Assembly: GCA_002269645.1 (NCBI GenBank) | Contig: NIVC01003978.1 | Location: 1-31,026, forward strand | Direction of reading: 5' to 3' | DNA length: 31,026 nucleotides | Source: Macrostomum lignano | Lineage: Eukaryota | Shown: positions 10,901 through 22,474 of the stretch, piece by piece | Layout of the letters: every line of letters begins with the position of its first letter | Position numbering within the stretch: the first letter of the stretch is position 1 | Position numbers and translations under genes: made by a program | The notes under the pieces: generated by a model | Told to the model about the DNA's origin: nothing | Databases searched by the model: none | What the model saw: only the letters and a program-made list of their open reading frames with translations

Positions 10901-11132
10901 TAATATAGATTATTACGATCAATGGAATTATGAAGGAAGTGAAGGAAATTTGTCCGAAAATAAACCTCATCTACTAGCTATCGTGTATATAAAATACGAT
11001 TGCTTATTTAATCGTTAAAAAATTGTACTATTCTGAGCCGGGAATGTGTTGTCTGTGGTAATTTTTAACAAAAACTAGGATATTATATCATATAATCTCA
11101 TCGAAATCAGGAGCAATCGAATTTAATATATG

Positions 11133-11277
11133 ATAAACGCCGTTTAATTCATCATAGTCTATGGTTAGAATATCCTCGGCTACAATCAATGGTCCTCGGC
11201 TCGCTACGCTCGCCTCGAGACCATTAAACGCAGCCTCTGACATTCTAACCACAGAATGTGAATTAAACGGCGTTTAT
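11133..11277. mobile_element. 145-bp palindromic (hairpin) MITE-like element
   Basis: ATAAACGCCGTTTAATTCA (11133-11151) and TGAATTAAACGGCGTTTAT (11259-11277) are perfect inverted repeats. Imperfect pairing continues inward (TGGTTAGAAT/ATTCTAACCA, AATGGTC/GACCATT) around a CTCGGCTCGCTACGCTCGCCTCGAG loop. Confidence 0.75.
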
Positions 11278-11451
11278 TATTTACTTAAAAACACGGCGTG
11301 CATTGAAAAATTCCAAGAAACTGACCAGAAAGAAGCGAACATCCTGAAAGTCACATTGCGTGTCACTCTGAACCACCTTTAACAAAAATTTTTACCTACG
11401 ATTGATCTTACATAAATCGAGCAGCTAATATTTCTAAAAGCGCAAACATAT

Positions 11452-11476
11452 AACTCTTCTCATTGAAATCTGCAGG
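11452..11476 (+). promoter_or_regulatory. Putative 3' splice (or trans-splice) acceptor just upstream of the VLIG start codon
   Basis: TAAC branch-like motif, CTCTTCT pyrimidines, then CTGCAG ending at 11476, 35 nt before the ATG at 11511. Suggests a 5'-UTR intron or outron. Confidence 0.35.
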
Positions 11477-11510
11477 TATCTTCAATAAAATTTGAAGCTA
11501 TAAGCAACTG

Positions 11511-14500
11511 ATGGAGGCTCCCAGTGGATTACATGGTTCAAAACCGAGTGAACCACTGGAAGGCAACAGTAACCATGAAGAGAAGCCAAACGCGAAGACA
11601 TTGGAAGAGCAGAAAGAGGAGCTACAGAAATTAGAAATACAAAAAGAAAGCCTAAAAGTAGAAGAAGAAATGGAAGACATTGAAAGGCGGAGAAAGAACA
11701 AGAAATTCGAACAACAGGATTTGAAACTGTCAGAAATTCCAGCACCAGTCGAGGCGCCAGAAGTACCGAGTGAGCTCACTCAGATGAGCAAAACACAAGC
11801 ATTATCTGAAGAGGATATCAAGAAAAACATAGCAAGCCTCTGGACTACGAAAGAGGGGTCACCGCAGCCAGTGTGCACGGTGGATGCGAATGCTGTGGTT
11901 GCAAACGCATCGGGTGAACATCTGCAAAGAGGGATGAAGCTTGAAGGAGGAGTCTGGAAGCAATGCAGCTCGACTCGGCTGCTCGAACCCGCAACCGGCG
12001 TGAAGTTAGTGCAGCCATCTTGTGCATTGCCAGCTGATGAATCGACTTTTGAGTTTTTTAGCAGCGAGAATCTTAACAAATTCGCTGCTTACATGTCTTC
12101 CTCCAGCGTTCAGTCTTTATTCAGCGTGACTGGCATGCTTGCAGCATTTGAACTCGCTGCTTCTGCTAAAAAAGACTTGCGGCCAGGCGAAAGCAAACAA
12201 TCAATGCAGCAGAGCTCTGAGTCTGTGTATGCAAAGTGCACAGTGCACACGGTACCAACGGCTGCGTGTCTGCTGGAGTGCAGCAATCTGCATCTTTCTG
12301 GCAGGGCTATTGAGGAGCTGCAGAACATCGAAGCCATGATGACATGCAAGTCAGATGTCACTGAAGAGGCAGTGAAATTCTTCGATCAGTACGGCAGTCA
12401 TGCAATTGCTGGAATGATTCACTTTGGTGGAGTGCACATCACAACTGCTCATGCGCTGTACCAATCCAGTTCGAGTATGGAAATGATTAAGAATAGCGTG
12501 AGCAAAGCTTTAGCTGCTGCTGTTAAAGGTGGAAATTTATTTATCAAGGTCGAAGCTTCAGTTGGTGCTGCGAGCTCATCGGAAGATAATTCTGCGGACA
12601 AAAGAGAGAAACAGAGTTCGAATGTGCAGCTCAAAAGTCAAATGATCGGAGGAGCTCCAGGAGCGAGCTCGGTGTCCAAGTGGTTCGAAGGTCTTATGCA
12701 AGACAGCAGCACTTGGGCAGTGATTGACGGCAGCAGTGCCACAGTGCCTGTATGGCAGATTGTCAAGGCAAACAGGCAGCACTTCCAGGATGCCGACGCT
12801 CTGGCCAACGCTTTGAAAAAATCCTGGGAGGAGCGCACAGGACAAAAGGCGCCTGCTGAGAGCAGTGATTCTTACAGACAGGCAGTCAGCTGCGTACAGC
12901 AGCGCATTGATGAATTCGCACAGCGAGTGGAAAAGGAAAATTTATCAGAAGAGAATTGGCATCTGCAGCTGCAGACATTGTGCGAGAGAGTAGAAGCAGT
13001 TGAGCAGCTAACAGATGAAGAGAAAAGGGGCGTAAGCTGGACACGGAACCCTCATTTTCATACTATCATGCTAGCTGTCGTTCAAGCTTTGCCTACAATA
13101 AGAGATGCAATTAAGCCAATCAAATCGCACATTTCTTACTTACTCCAAATGAGTGGCAGCTGCAGCTTTCCTATGAAAGGCCGGCTCTATTTCCAGCTGG
13201 CTTGTGAACAGGATGAAAATTACAGCAAGCTCACCGACATGGGACTTGACTGCCCGCTGAAGCTGGCAGAGGCAGTGGAGCAAACTGTGCTGCCAGATCT
13301 TCAGGCTTTTAATGTGCAGCACGAAGGAGACAGTGAGAAGCAGCGCAAAGTGCTGCAGCTGGTTTTCGTCGATCTGAATACAGCGGTGCAGCATCTACTA
13401 AGGCGACTGAAGGAGTCTGGTGATGCAGAAAAGCACTTTTTAACCTGCACCGCTCTTGCTCGCAACTCCTATTCGCTACAAAACGACATTTTTGAGAACC
13501 TTAAAAATCCAGAAAGTCTTCAGCATCTGGCGCAGAGTTTGAAAGAAAGCGCGCAACAACTTTCTGTTATAAAGGAAAGCTCCGAGCCAGAGTTTGTGCA
13601 GGCACGACTGTTGCACACAGCGATGGACGCAAGATTTGACGATGGCTGTTGCTTTCATGTGGCTGACTGGATCTTGCTATTTCAACAAAGCGGCATACAG
13701 TGGGCTGCACCTCTAAATGAAAAACTGACTGATATTGCAGACAACAGCAGCAGGGCCTGGAAGGAACTGAATGAAGTGGTGACGCATCTGTTGAGTAATT
13801 TCAGCGATAATGGACAGCCATTGCAGCTTCCAGAAAATATGGTCAGTGAACTGCGAGACGCTCGATCAAATACTTCTGAAGTGGTTGTGACAAATAGCTA
13901 TAAACAACAATTAGACAAGGATGAGATGGCTCTTATACAGCGGCTTGGGTTGGCAGAATATTTTCCTTCAAAAATCGGCCTTATTGATGTCATGAAAGTG
14001 GGTGATGAGATGTATTCTGCTGCCTCTGATGCCACACGGCTACCTCAGAAGATTTTAAAGTCAATCATTCAGGCGGACTACAAGTCCGGCTTTGAAATCG
14101 TTGAAGCTTGTAACATAAGCCCATCGGAAGGTAAGAAGGCGGTTTCTCAAAGCTTCTGGGATGACGAAGACGATGAGGAGGACATGGCACACGAAGCAAA
14201 AGAAGAAGAAGAAAAAGAAGAAGAGGCAAAAAAACTGCACTACTCAGATGTATTACTGGCTTGTCTTCTGAGCTGCAACATGCGGCTTCAGCAACTCCTG
14301 GCTGAGAAGCTGAATGACTGCAAGCATGCCTTTCCTATCGCATCGGCCTGCGCCGGTTCCCTCAAACTCCGAGTTTGGTCACTACGCAGCTGCTGTTTTG
14401 TGCACCCTGATCCGCAGCAAGGGGGCAAAGTTTTACGGATTTCGTCTGACGTGGACAAATTTCCCATCATTTCCTTTGTGAGACTTGGAAACTCTCAATT

Positions 14501-17500
14501 CTCAAAGTCCAGTCTCATCAACAAGTGCATTAGTGACAAGCATGAGCTTTTTCCTGAGTTCAACTCTAACTCACCCAGCAGAACAATTAGTGATGGATCG
14601 ATAGAGCTGGCATGGGCAGTTCCTGATCCGCAGAACGAGTCTCTGGGTCTGCAGCAAGTCACCTGCGTTCTGAATCTACGAGGAGACGGTCTGCTGCATC
14701 AAGAGCAGCTCAAGTTGCTGTCACGTCTGTCTGCATGTGTTGTTGTAATGCTTCCTGAGAGTGACACAGAAACAGATTCGGTTCTGACTGCACTGTACCG
14801 AATCATGGAACGAAAGAGAAGTATCGTTTTGGTACGCACTTCGGAGAAAGTGCCACAGTGCATGAAGAAGGCCAAGAAGGAATTAGATGCGATGGGAGGC
14901 CTCTTTCATGGCATCACCTGCTGGAGCAAGAAGGATCAAATGTCGCCCAAGAGCATTGCATGTGAGATGAAGAAAGTCCTTTCGAAACTCGATCTTAAAA
15001 TGAAACTATCACTTGATGAAATCTCATCCATGGGTGACTTTCTGAGATGGCAAGTTGACGAAAAGCAACCAGTAGTACAGCAAGCGGTGAAGGCTGCTCA
15101 GACTGTAATGCAGTTTATCGATGAGAAGGAGGATCTGGCTGTCAGCAGGAACAAGAATTTGCCTCTCAGTGGCAGCATGTGGCAGACGATAGCAAAAAGG
15201 AACAAAAACCTGTACAGAGACAACAAACGAATGGATTCAAATAAGAGGGCCAAATGGGTTGAAGCTGAGAGAGACGAAATTCGGAAGGAGAGAAAGCGCC
15301 AATTTCTTTTTTTAAAGGAGCATGGGGAAGCCAACAGCTTTCTTTTTCAATTCATGATGTATGCAAGTAAAGCAACTGATGATTCGTGCAGAGAGATCTT
15401 CATGCAGAGGATGAAGCTCAGTCTTGACAGTCTGTGCCGTAGGAAGCTGCCGCAGCTCACATCTAATTATCAGCAAGCTCTTGTACGGAATAGAGAGGCT
15501 CAGAATAAAACTTTGAATGTAAAGTCCTGCAATGATGAGCTTGTAAAATTGGAAAAAAAGATGGAAGATTCCGCATTTGGATTAGAGCAGGTGTTTCGGG
15601 AGATCGGGCAGACGTACGAAGCTATTCATCACTGTTGCCGCTCGCAAGTTGCGTCAGCAGAAAGCGACTACAAAAGCGTGTTGACAAGTTTCGCAGCAGA
15701 TCTCCTGTTGAAAGGTGAACCTCTCGAAGTGATGGATGGGAATGCGTCTGCATGTCCTGTCGACTGGGTGTCAGCTGTGCTCGAAGCCGTAGAGAAAAAG
15801 GTTGGCAAAAAATCACTACTGGTATTGGCAGTGGTGGGACTGCAGAGCTCAGGAAAATCAACTCTGCTGAATTCTCTTTTTGGGTTGCAGCTTGCAGTGA
15901 GCGCGGGCCGCTGTACGAAAGGAGCGTTTCTTCAGCTGGTGCCGAATGACAAGCAGAAGTCCCAGCTGAATGCAGATTACATTGCCGTCATCGACTCTGA
16001 AGGTTTGAGGTCGTCAGAGATCGCAGAAGGCTCAATGACTCACGATAATGAGTTGGCAACCATGATTATTGGATTGGCAGATGTCACCATCATGAACATG
16101 TACGGAGAAGGACTCACTGACACAAGGGACATTTTGCAGGTGGTCGTGCATGCCTTCCTGAGAATGAAAGCTGCATTTGGAGACATTATCAAGAAGAAGT
16201 CTTGCATTTTCGTTCATCAAAATGTGGCTGCCGTCAATGCAGCTGAAGAGACTCGAGTTGCCAAGGAAAAGCTGTTGACACAACTGGATCAAAGCACTAG
16301 GGATGTAGCAAAAGAGGAACAGCAGCTTGAGGTAACCCGGTTCACAGATGTGATTGAGTTCGCGGATAGTAATATATTTTTCCTGCCTCATCTGTGGGAG
16401 GGCAAGCCGCCAATGGCCCCCGTCAGCCCTGACTATTGCAAGGATGTAATGAAAGTGAAAAGGAGGGTTATTGAACTTTGAAATGTCTCTCTGACAGCAA
16501 CCTCTCCTTTAGCGAACTCTCACAGCGCATAAAAGATCTGTGGAATGCGGTGCTGAAGGAAGACTTCGTATTCAGCTTTCAGAATACAATTGAGCTCCAG
16601 GCGTACCGAGATGTGGAGCAAAAGTTTGCGGAGTTGAAGATGATGATTGAGAAAGCTGCATCAGATTGGTTGTGTAGCAACATCACACTGATTTCTGGAA
16701 GCAGCTCAAGTGAAAAACTCGAGAATAATTTTAGAGATGCAGAAAATAAAATGAGGACTCATATCTTTGGAGTTGCTCAAACGGTGTCAAAGGAAATGAC
16801 CGAGTTCATCTGTAGCCATCGGAAGAAGGAGATCTGTAAGAAGTGGCAGCAGGAAAGGGAAAATGCCCTTAGAGATGCTGCGGACAAAGCAATAAGCGAA
16901 ACCCATAGCAGTCTCATGCGGTCCAAGGAGATACAACGCGTGAAGCTGCTCAATCAGAATGATATGGGAAAATATCGAGAAGAAATTCTGGAGAGAGCAA
17001 AAAGACTGGCCAATGAAAAACAAGGAAAGAAGATGAGTGACCAACAGCTGGAGGTACAGTTCAAGGAGATGTGGAGCAGATTTATGAGTGAAGTGCGGCT
17101 GGAAAAAACTGATGTATGGGATGGAGAGAATATCTTGAAATCTGTTCTTGACCAGAACATCTATAATCAAGGACCACTGCTTAACAAGGAATGGGACGCT
17201 AGACATGCTGTGCCATTTGCTGGGCAGCGAATTTCAGGCTCATTTCCGCTTATGCGTGTTGAAAAAGATGACTTTTCACATGTTACTGGTTGGAATAAGG
17301 TTTGGAAAGAGATTAAAAAGTCATTTGGCTTTGAGACTGCAGAGGGCTATGTACACTCTGAATGCAATGAAATTCTGAAGGAAGCTGATGAAGTGCTTGA
17401 TCAGTCAAAGACCTTGGAGCCGAAAGTAAATTTGAGATTAGCGCTGACTCAAATCGTCAGCAGTATCCGCGATCACGTCTCCATGTTCAACTCCAGTGAC

Positions 17501-18807
17501 ACCGAAGGTAAAAAACCAAAAGTGTCGCTAAAGCCAAACCTCGCCATAAAGCTTTCTGTACACGCAGGCCGCTCTGCTGAGATGATTCTCAGAAAAAGGC
17601 AGGGTGAGTTCGATGCACAGTATGGACTGAAAGCTCAGCTCGAGTCTTTCAAAGAGACCGCTTTTACTGTCTTTAAGAGTCTGTACAAAAAAGAGAGTGA
17701 AGAAGTTATGGCTGCCAACTTTATTGCCAGCAGCATAAAACAAGCTGCGATCGTGCAGGTGCGTCAGTTGGTAGCAAACCGTGTTACACTCGACATAGAA
17801 TCCCAGTTTTCAGGCATGAAGCTTGGGCTCATTAAAGCGATTTTAAGGGACTTAGCAGACAGAGAACCATTTCAAGAATTTCAAGCCTACCTACACAACA
17901 GCAAACAGTTTGCGGAGAGTTGGCTGGAAGCCAAGATGAAGTATTATTTGCTTAAAAAGGATGATGAAACGAAGCGCACACGACTGCGGAATCTCATTAA
18001 AGACAATGCTGGTGTCTTGATTGGAAACGTTGAGAAAGATATCCGCGACGCTGCAGACAGTGTTCATTCAACGAATGCCCAGAATGCGGTGACTGGCTGC
18101 AGCCTGGGTACGTTGGTGCATGTATTCTGTGAAGGACAGAGAACTCTCGGGATAACACCCGACGACTTTGAGCAAATCAGCCAACTTTCTGTCGCAAAGC
18201 TGTCGGATTTTATCCGGGTGTTAAAGACGAAGATCAATGACTTAACTGAGCAAATTGAAACGCAGCTGGACGTCCCACTAGAAGAGTTTGACTGGGGTCA
18301 GAAGAGTCCCCATTTGTGCGCCTGTGAAAGGCTGTGGGGCTGTCCTGAGCAGTGCCCGCACTGCAATGAGCCATGCACAAATATGACCGGATGTGGTTCA
18401 GGTAATAAGCATTGCTGCATGCAACACAGGATTAGGTGTGTGTGGAGTTCTATAGAAACACCGATGAAAACAGATTGGGGTGATTTAGGAACATGTGGCT
18501 ATCATATCGCCGAAAAAGAAGAATTTTGGTGTACTCCACATGTAAGAAAACTGGAAGATGCGAACCTTATGCGAAGCAATATAAAGACAGAAAATACCAC
18601 AGCTACTCGGATTTTCACAAAATATTCCTTGATTGGAATGTCCTGCCGGATCAAGCAATGGATAACTGCGACTATTGGAAATGGTTCCTCGTCACTTTCA
18701 AGGAGGAACTTGAGAATTACTACAACTGGAAAGTCTGTGATATTCCTGACTACGGCGTTACCAAAACCCAAGCAATCGAAAGTCTGGACAAACTGTACAA
18801 GGGCTAA
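11511..18807 (+). CDS. GVIN1: Very large inducible GTPase (VLIG / GVIN1-like), single coding exon, ~2432 aa after repairing two -1 frameshifts (~16477-16479 and ~18524-18535)
   Basis: ORFs 11511-16481, 16478-18817 and 18493-18807 join into one VLIG-type protein. N-terminal: 'ANASGEHLQRG', 'VPTAACLLECSNLHLSGRAIEELQNIE' and 'FFDQYGSHAIAGMIHFGG'. URGCP-like middle: 'LGLAEYFPSKI' and 'HYSDVLLACLLSCNMRLQQLLAEKLNDCKHAFP'. GTPase: G1 GLQSSGKSTLLNSLFG (15837-), G2 GRCTKG, G3 DSEGL, then HDNELAT and FVHQNV. Post-GTPase: 'RIKDLWNAVLKEDFVFSFQNTIE'. C-terminal: 'LWGCPEQCPHCNEPC' and 'DWNVLPD...YWKWF'. The symbol denotes family similarity, not proven orthology. Confidence 0.93.
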
Positions 18808-20492
18808 CTATATATGAAAGATCATCGATAAGACATCTGCTTCTCGGTGACGAGTTGCATTGACGTTTGACAAATTTTCTGTTCAAAATTTATTTGTCCG
18901 AAACTTGAAACAATAATAGCTTACAGCAGTTATAGGTTACAATATAGGTCCTGCTGCTATTAAGATAATTTTCCTAATTATCAATCTCATAGACAGACTG
19001 AATATTTTCGAAATATTTCGGACAAAAAATGAAAACTCTTGCAGTTTTAATTTTGTTTTCTACGCTCTGTTTATTGGTATAAAGTTTTTATCCTTTTAAA
19101 TTACGTAAAAAGACCGGAAATTTTGAAACTGTATGATTCCAATTTTTGTCGCTTTTGCTCGCGGAGTCAGTTTGAACTGCACTGTAGATTTTAACTGATT
19201 CGGTATTTGCAGAAGTTTCCTTTTTGTAGCGTGTTGTTCTTCTCGCTTTAATTTTCTATGTTTTTCATTATGCTATTTAGCAGGTATTCTATTACGAGCG
19301 TATGATTCCGAGCAAATTTTAAACTTGAAAAACAACAATATTTTGCGCTTTTCCTCGTCTTTATCAACTTTTGGTTCTACGTCCTTTTGCTGAAATCCTC
19401 GAAATATTTCTGATTCTTGACTGTGTTCGTCAACTGAGTTCAAAACAATCTAGCTAGCTCGTATCTATATAACTTTTTGGGGATTTTTGTTCTCCTACTA
19501 TTCAAACTTTCCCCCTTTTTAAGCTGTGCTTAACAATGACCTTAACACACTATTATTTAGTAGCTTATTCAATAACTCTCCATTAATCATTTTTTATTAC
19601 ACTTTATCAGTGCTAAACGCCTAAACTATGCTATCGGCGAGTGAATAGCTTGAGAAAGTCGCACAAATTTTCCCGAAGGCAATTAGACACATTCAGCTTT
19701 GTCAAAATTGGAAAATTAGGAAATAAATAATTCGTCTGTGAGCCCGGGATTCTTTTTACAAATCCGATACTTTGTCAGACCAGTCGACGACAGACAGACC
19801 CCACGGTTCTTCACTTGGGTCTTGGTGTCTTCAATTTCTTCAAATTTTTAATGCAACTTCGGCGGTTGTTAACATTCTAGCTAGAGCTTAGTGTTGGCAT
19901 GAAGTCCTAACTACAGTAATTAGCTATTCAAATTACTCCCTCGGACACCGACTAAGGACTGACATGGGTTTACGTAAAGTTGATATCCCCTTTTATGCGA
20001 CGACCCTACAGGCTATATCACATGGATAATTTTGTTTAATCTTTGTTATTCGTTCAATATTATAGGCATGTACGTGTGGCGGTCTTTTATCCACTTTTTG
20101 CGTATTTATCCCGTAGCTATAGCTAATCAATATTAAATATTTATCCAGACAAAAATATACATGTTTTATGCACTAAAACGGACACGATTTTTTCAACTAT
20201 ATTTAATTAGTCCCTCATCACACTATTGGCTTTTCTGCATTCATACTTTCCTATTAAAAGTGAAAAAAACAAATAATGTGAAGATGAAGCATTGAGTTAT
20301 GTTTCAAAACTTTTCGTTCTGCAGTTCTTGAGCTCCAATTTTAAGCTCTCTGGGGCGTTAAGAGCCTGTAATATTTATTTACGGTAACCCACCGATAGCT
20401 GTATGTAGATATCAATTTTCAAGGCATCAAAGTTATAACAGTTATTCAGTTTTTTAGTACAAAACCAGATCGTACAGAACTAAAAGCACACA

Positions 20493-20580
20493 TCAGTAGA
20501 GACTGCAGCTGTGCACGTTGCCCGCTGGGCAGCCGAACGCTTTGGCAAAACCCGGAGCGTTGGACAGAACTGTGTTGGCC
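20493..20580 (-). CDS. Neprilysin/M13-like gene, terminal exon
   Basis: CTGCAG acceptor (20586-20581), phase 2. Encodes ANTVLSNAPGFAKAFGCPAGNVHSCSLY*, matching the M13 C-terminal 'xxGxLSNxxxFxxAFxCxxG...CxxW' motif. Confidence 0.85.
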
Positions 20581-21370
20581 CTGCAGATTGAAATAATTGG
20601 AACATTGGAACATATTCGTCATACATGTTGACTAATTACGAGTATATGGGTTGCAGTTTATTATAAATTTCTGTTGTTGCGAAGTGCCTTTCCCGGGAAA
20701 AAAACATGCTGAAACTTCCCAAGTCAACCATGTACTTGGATGACATTGTTGACTTATCAAGTTTGCAAAGTATCATTGTCATGAACTTAGAAAGTATGCA
20801 ATGTTCTTGTCCAACTTCAATTGACTTGCAAAGCTTACAAAGTACTGCACGCCCTGTCTCTACATCCAAGTACTTCGAAAGTACTTGAGAAGTGACTCGA
20901 GAAAACATCGTAAGTACTAAAGGAAAGTACTTATTGAATGCACTTGGAAAACTTAAAAAGTTAATGGGCGGTACTTGCCTCGAGGTTGCATTGCGTTGAC
21001 CAAGTACTCAGCAAGTTTGGTTTGTTCTTATTTCTCTGTTTAGCAGATTTATACATGTACGAGCGTAGCTTATGCTCATAGGTGAAGTTAGTTCACAGGG
21101 GCCTTTAGCTGCCTCAAATTAAGGCAAGCAATCATACGGATGAGGACTCAACCACACATTCGCACAAAGTTTACAACAGCATCTTCACTCAATTCCGAAC
21201 TCTAACCAGACAGACACGTCATCACTAAAATACTCTTCTCCCCTTTTAGATGAAGTTGAGCTGAAGAAAGTTTGGCAATAAAATGATTGAAAATAGTTTG
21301 CCTAACTTTTAACACCTCAGGAACACAAAAAATGAACTTCTTCAAAGATTTCCCTGCCCGAGGAACTCAC

Positions 21371-21525
21371 AGAGCCCGGCTCAGAATCAGAAGAGCATCA
21401 TCGCCATCCGAATGTTTAAAGCCGTCAGAGTCGTGAAATTTGCCGCCGAGGCCTCGTCGCCAATCGGCGCCTCTGCTGGCGCGGCGCACCGCCAGACCGC
21501 TGGCGCCGCGCTTGTGGCAGAACTT
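21371..21525 (-). CDS. Neprilysin/M13-like gene, probable penultimate exon
   Basis: TTTCAG acceptor (phase 0) and GTGAGT donor (phase 2) fit both neighbouring exons. Begins KFCHK, equivalent to 'Q|xWC' of M13 proteins. The rest is about 26 aa longer than typical and lacks the HSP motif. Confidence 0.5.
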
Positions 21526-21754
21526 CTGAAATCACGGCGACGAACATTAAAATCACGGGTTGATTAAGATTTTGTGCATGCATCCAGCTTTTATGCCGTA
21601 GCCCCATAGTCAAGCGCGGCGCTCTGATGTTCTAGCGGCCCAAGCTCGATTCCAAGTGCAGTCGCATTAATTCTGGGGCTATAGATTGGAATCTCGGCTT
21701 GGCTCTGCTCGTGCAATTAACGCCCTAGAGGTCCATTCCCCAAGACACAGTGAA

Positions 21755-21856
21755 GTGTACATGCCTAACGATAAATAAAGTTAGGGCCGCTGTACACTCC
21801 TGTGTGAGTGTGTGCCTGTGCGTATGACTGCGTACGTATCCGCGCGCCTGTGTGCC
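21755..21856. repeat. Short dispersed repeat, copy 1 of 3 in M13 introns
   Basis: GTGTACATGCC..ACGAT..AAAG..AGGGCCGCTGTACAC.CCTGTGTG..GCGTACGTA; shared with 22067-22168 and 24721-24801. Confidence 0.7.
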
Positions 21857-22066
21857 TTCTCAGGCCGGGAAGTCGGCGGAATGAGCAGTTATGAATCTCG
21901 CCGGTTGTGTGACAATGTCGCTTAAAGTGCACCAGGATGCGCACAGCCCCCTGCCTCTAACAAAGAAAAAAAATTTATAATACTAAAATCGCGGTACCGT
22001 GTCTATGTGACTATCGAACCAGGTACCGATTCTGCAATAATTAAACATTAACATCATGGACACAGA

Positions 22067-22168
22067 GTGTACATGCCATACGATTAGAAAGTCAAGGGCC
22101 GCTGTACACCCTGTGTGATCGAGTGTGTGAGTGCGCGCCTGCGTACGTACCCGTGCGCGCGTGCGTGC
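22067..22168. repeat. Short dispersed repeat, copy 2 of 3
   Basis: GTGTACATGCCATACGATTAGAAAGTCAAGGGCCGCTGTACACCCTGTGTG..., similar to 21755-21856. Confidence 0.7.
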
Positions 22169-22294
22169 TCGGGGATCAGGGGATTGTTGACCTGCTTTAA
22201 CTGAATTTTATTCAAAGTTCAACAGCAGAGTAACTCCTAAACAGTATCAATTAGATTTGTGTCGACTCGTCATAAGAGTACTGCTTAGAGTTAC

Positions 22295-22474
22295 CTGCAT
22301 ATAGAACACGTAGAACATCTGGTCCTCGGTGAGGTGCAGCAGCGGCAGCCGCTTGTCCGGCCGTCCGCCTTGCAGCCGGTGGGCGTCAAACTGAGCTCGA
22401 GCTGAGCTGACCGCGGCCATCTCCCTGGCTGTCCAGTTGCTCAGTAGCAGCCTCTGATGCTGATTGCGCTCGCT
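22295..22474 (-). CDS. Neprilysin/M13-like gene, exon
   Basis: TATCAG acceptor and GTAACT donor, phase 0/0. Encodes SERNQHQRLLLSNWTAREMAAVSSARAQFDAHRLQGGRPDKRLPLLHLTEDQMFYVFYMQ, matching 'TLGENIADxGG...LPGLxxTxxQLFFxxxAQ'. Confidence 0.85.

Noticed and set aside
16476-16481. CTT-TGA at the VLIG break resembles the bacterial prfB programmed frameshift site
   Set aside because: prfB shifts +1, whereas this junction needs -1. No X_XXY_YYZ heptamer or downstream pseudoknot is evident, and it fits the window-wide -1 indel pattern.
11498-18771. Many minus-strand ORFs overlapping VLIG, and plus-strand ORFs overlapping Gag-Pol
   Set aside because: Antisense shadows of long coding regions with no independent motifs.
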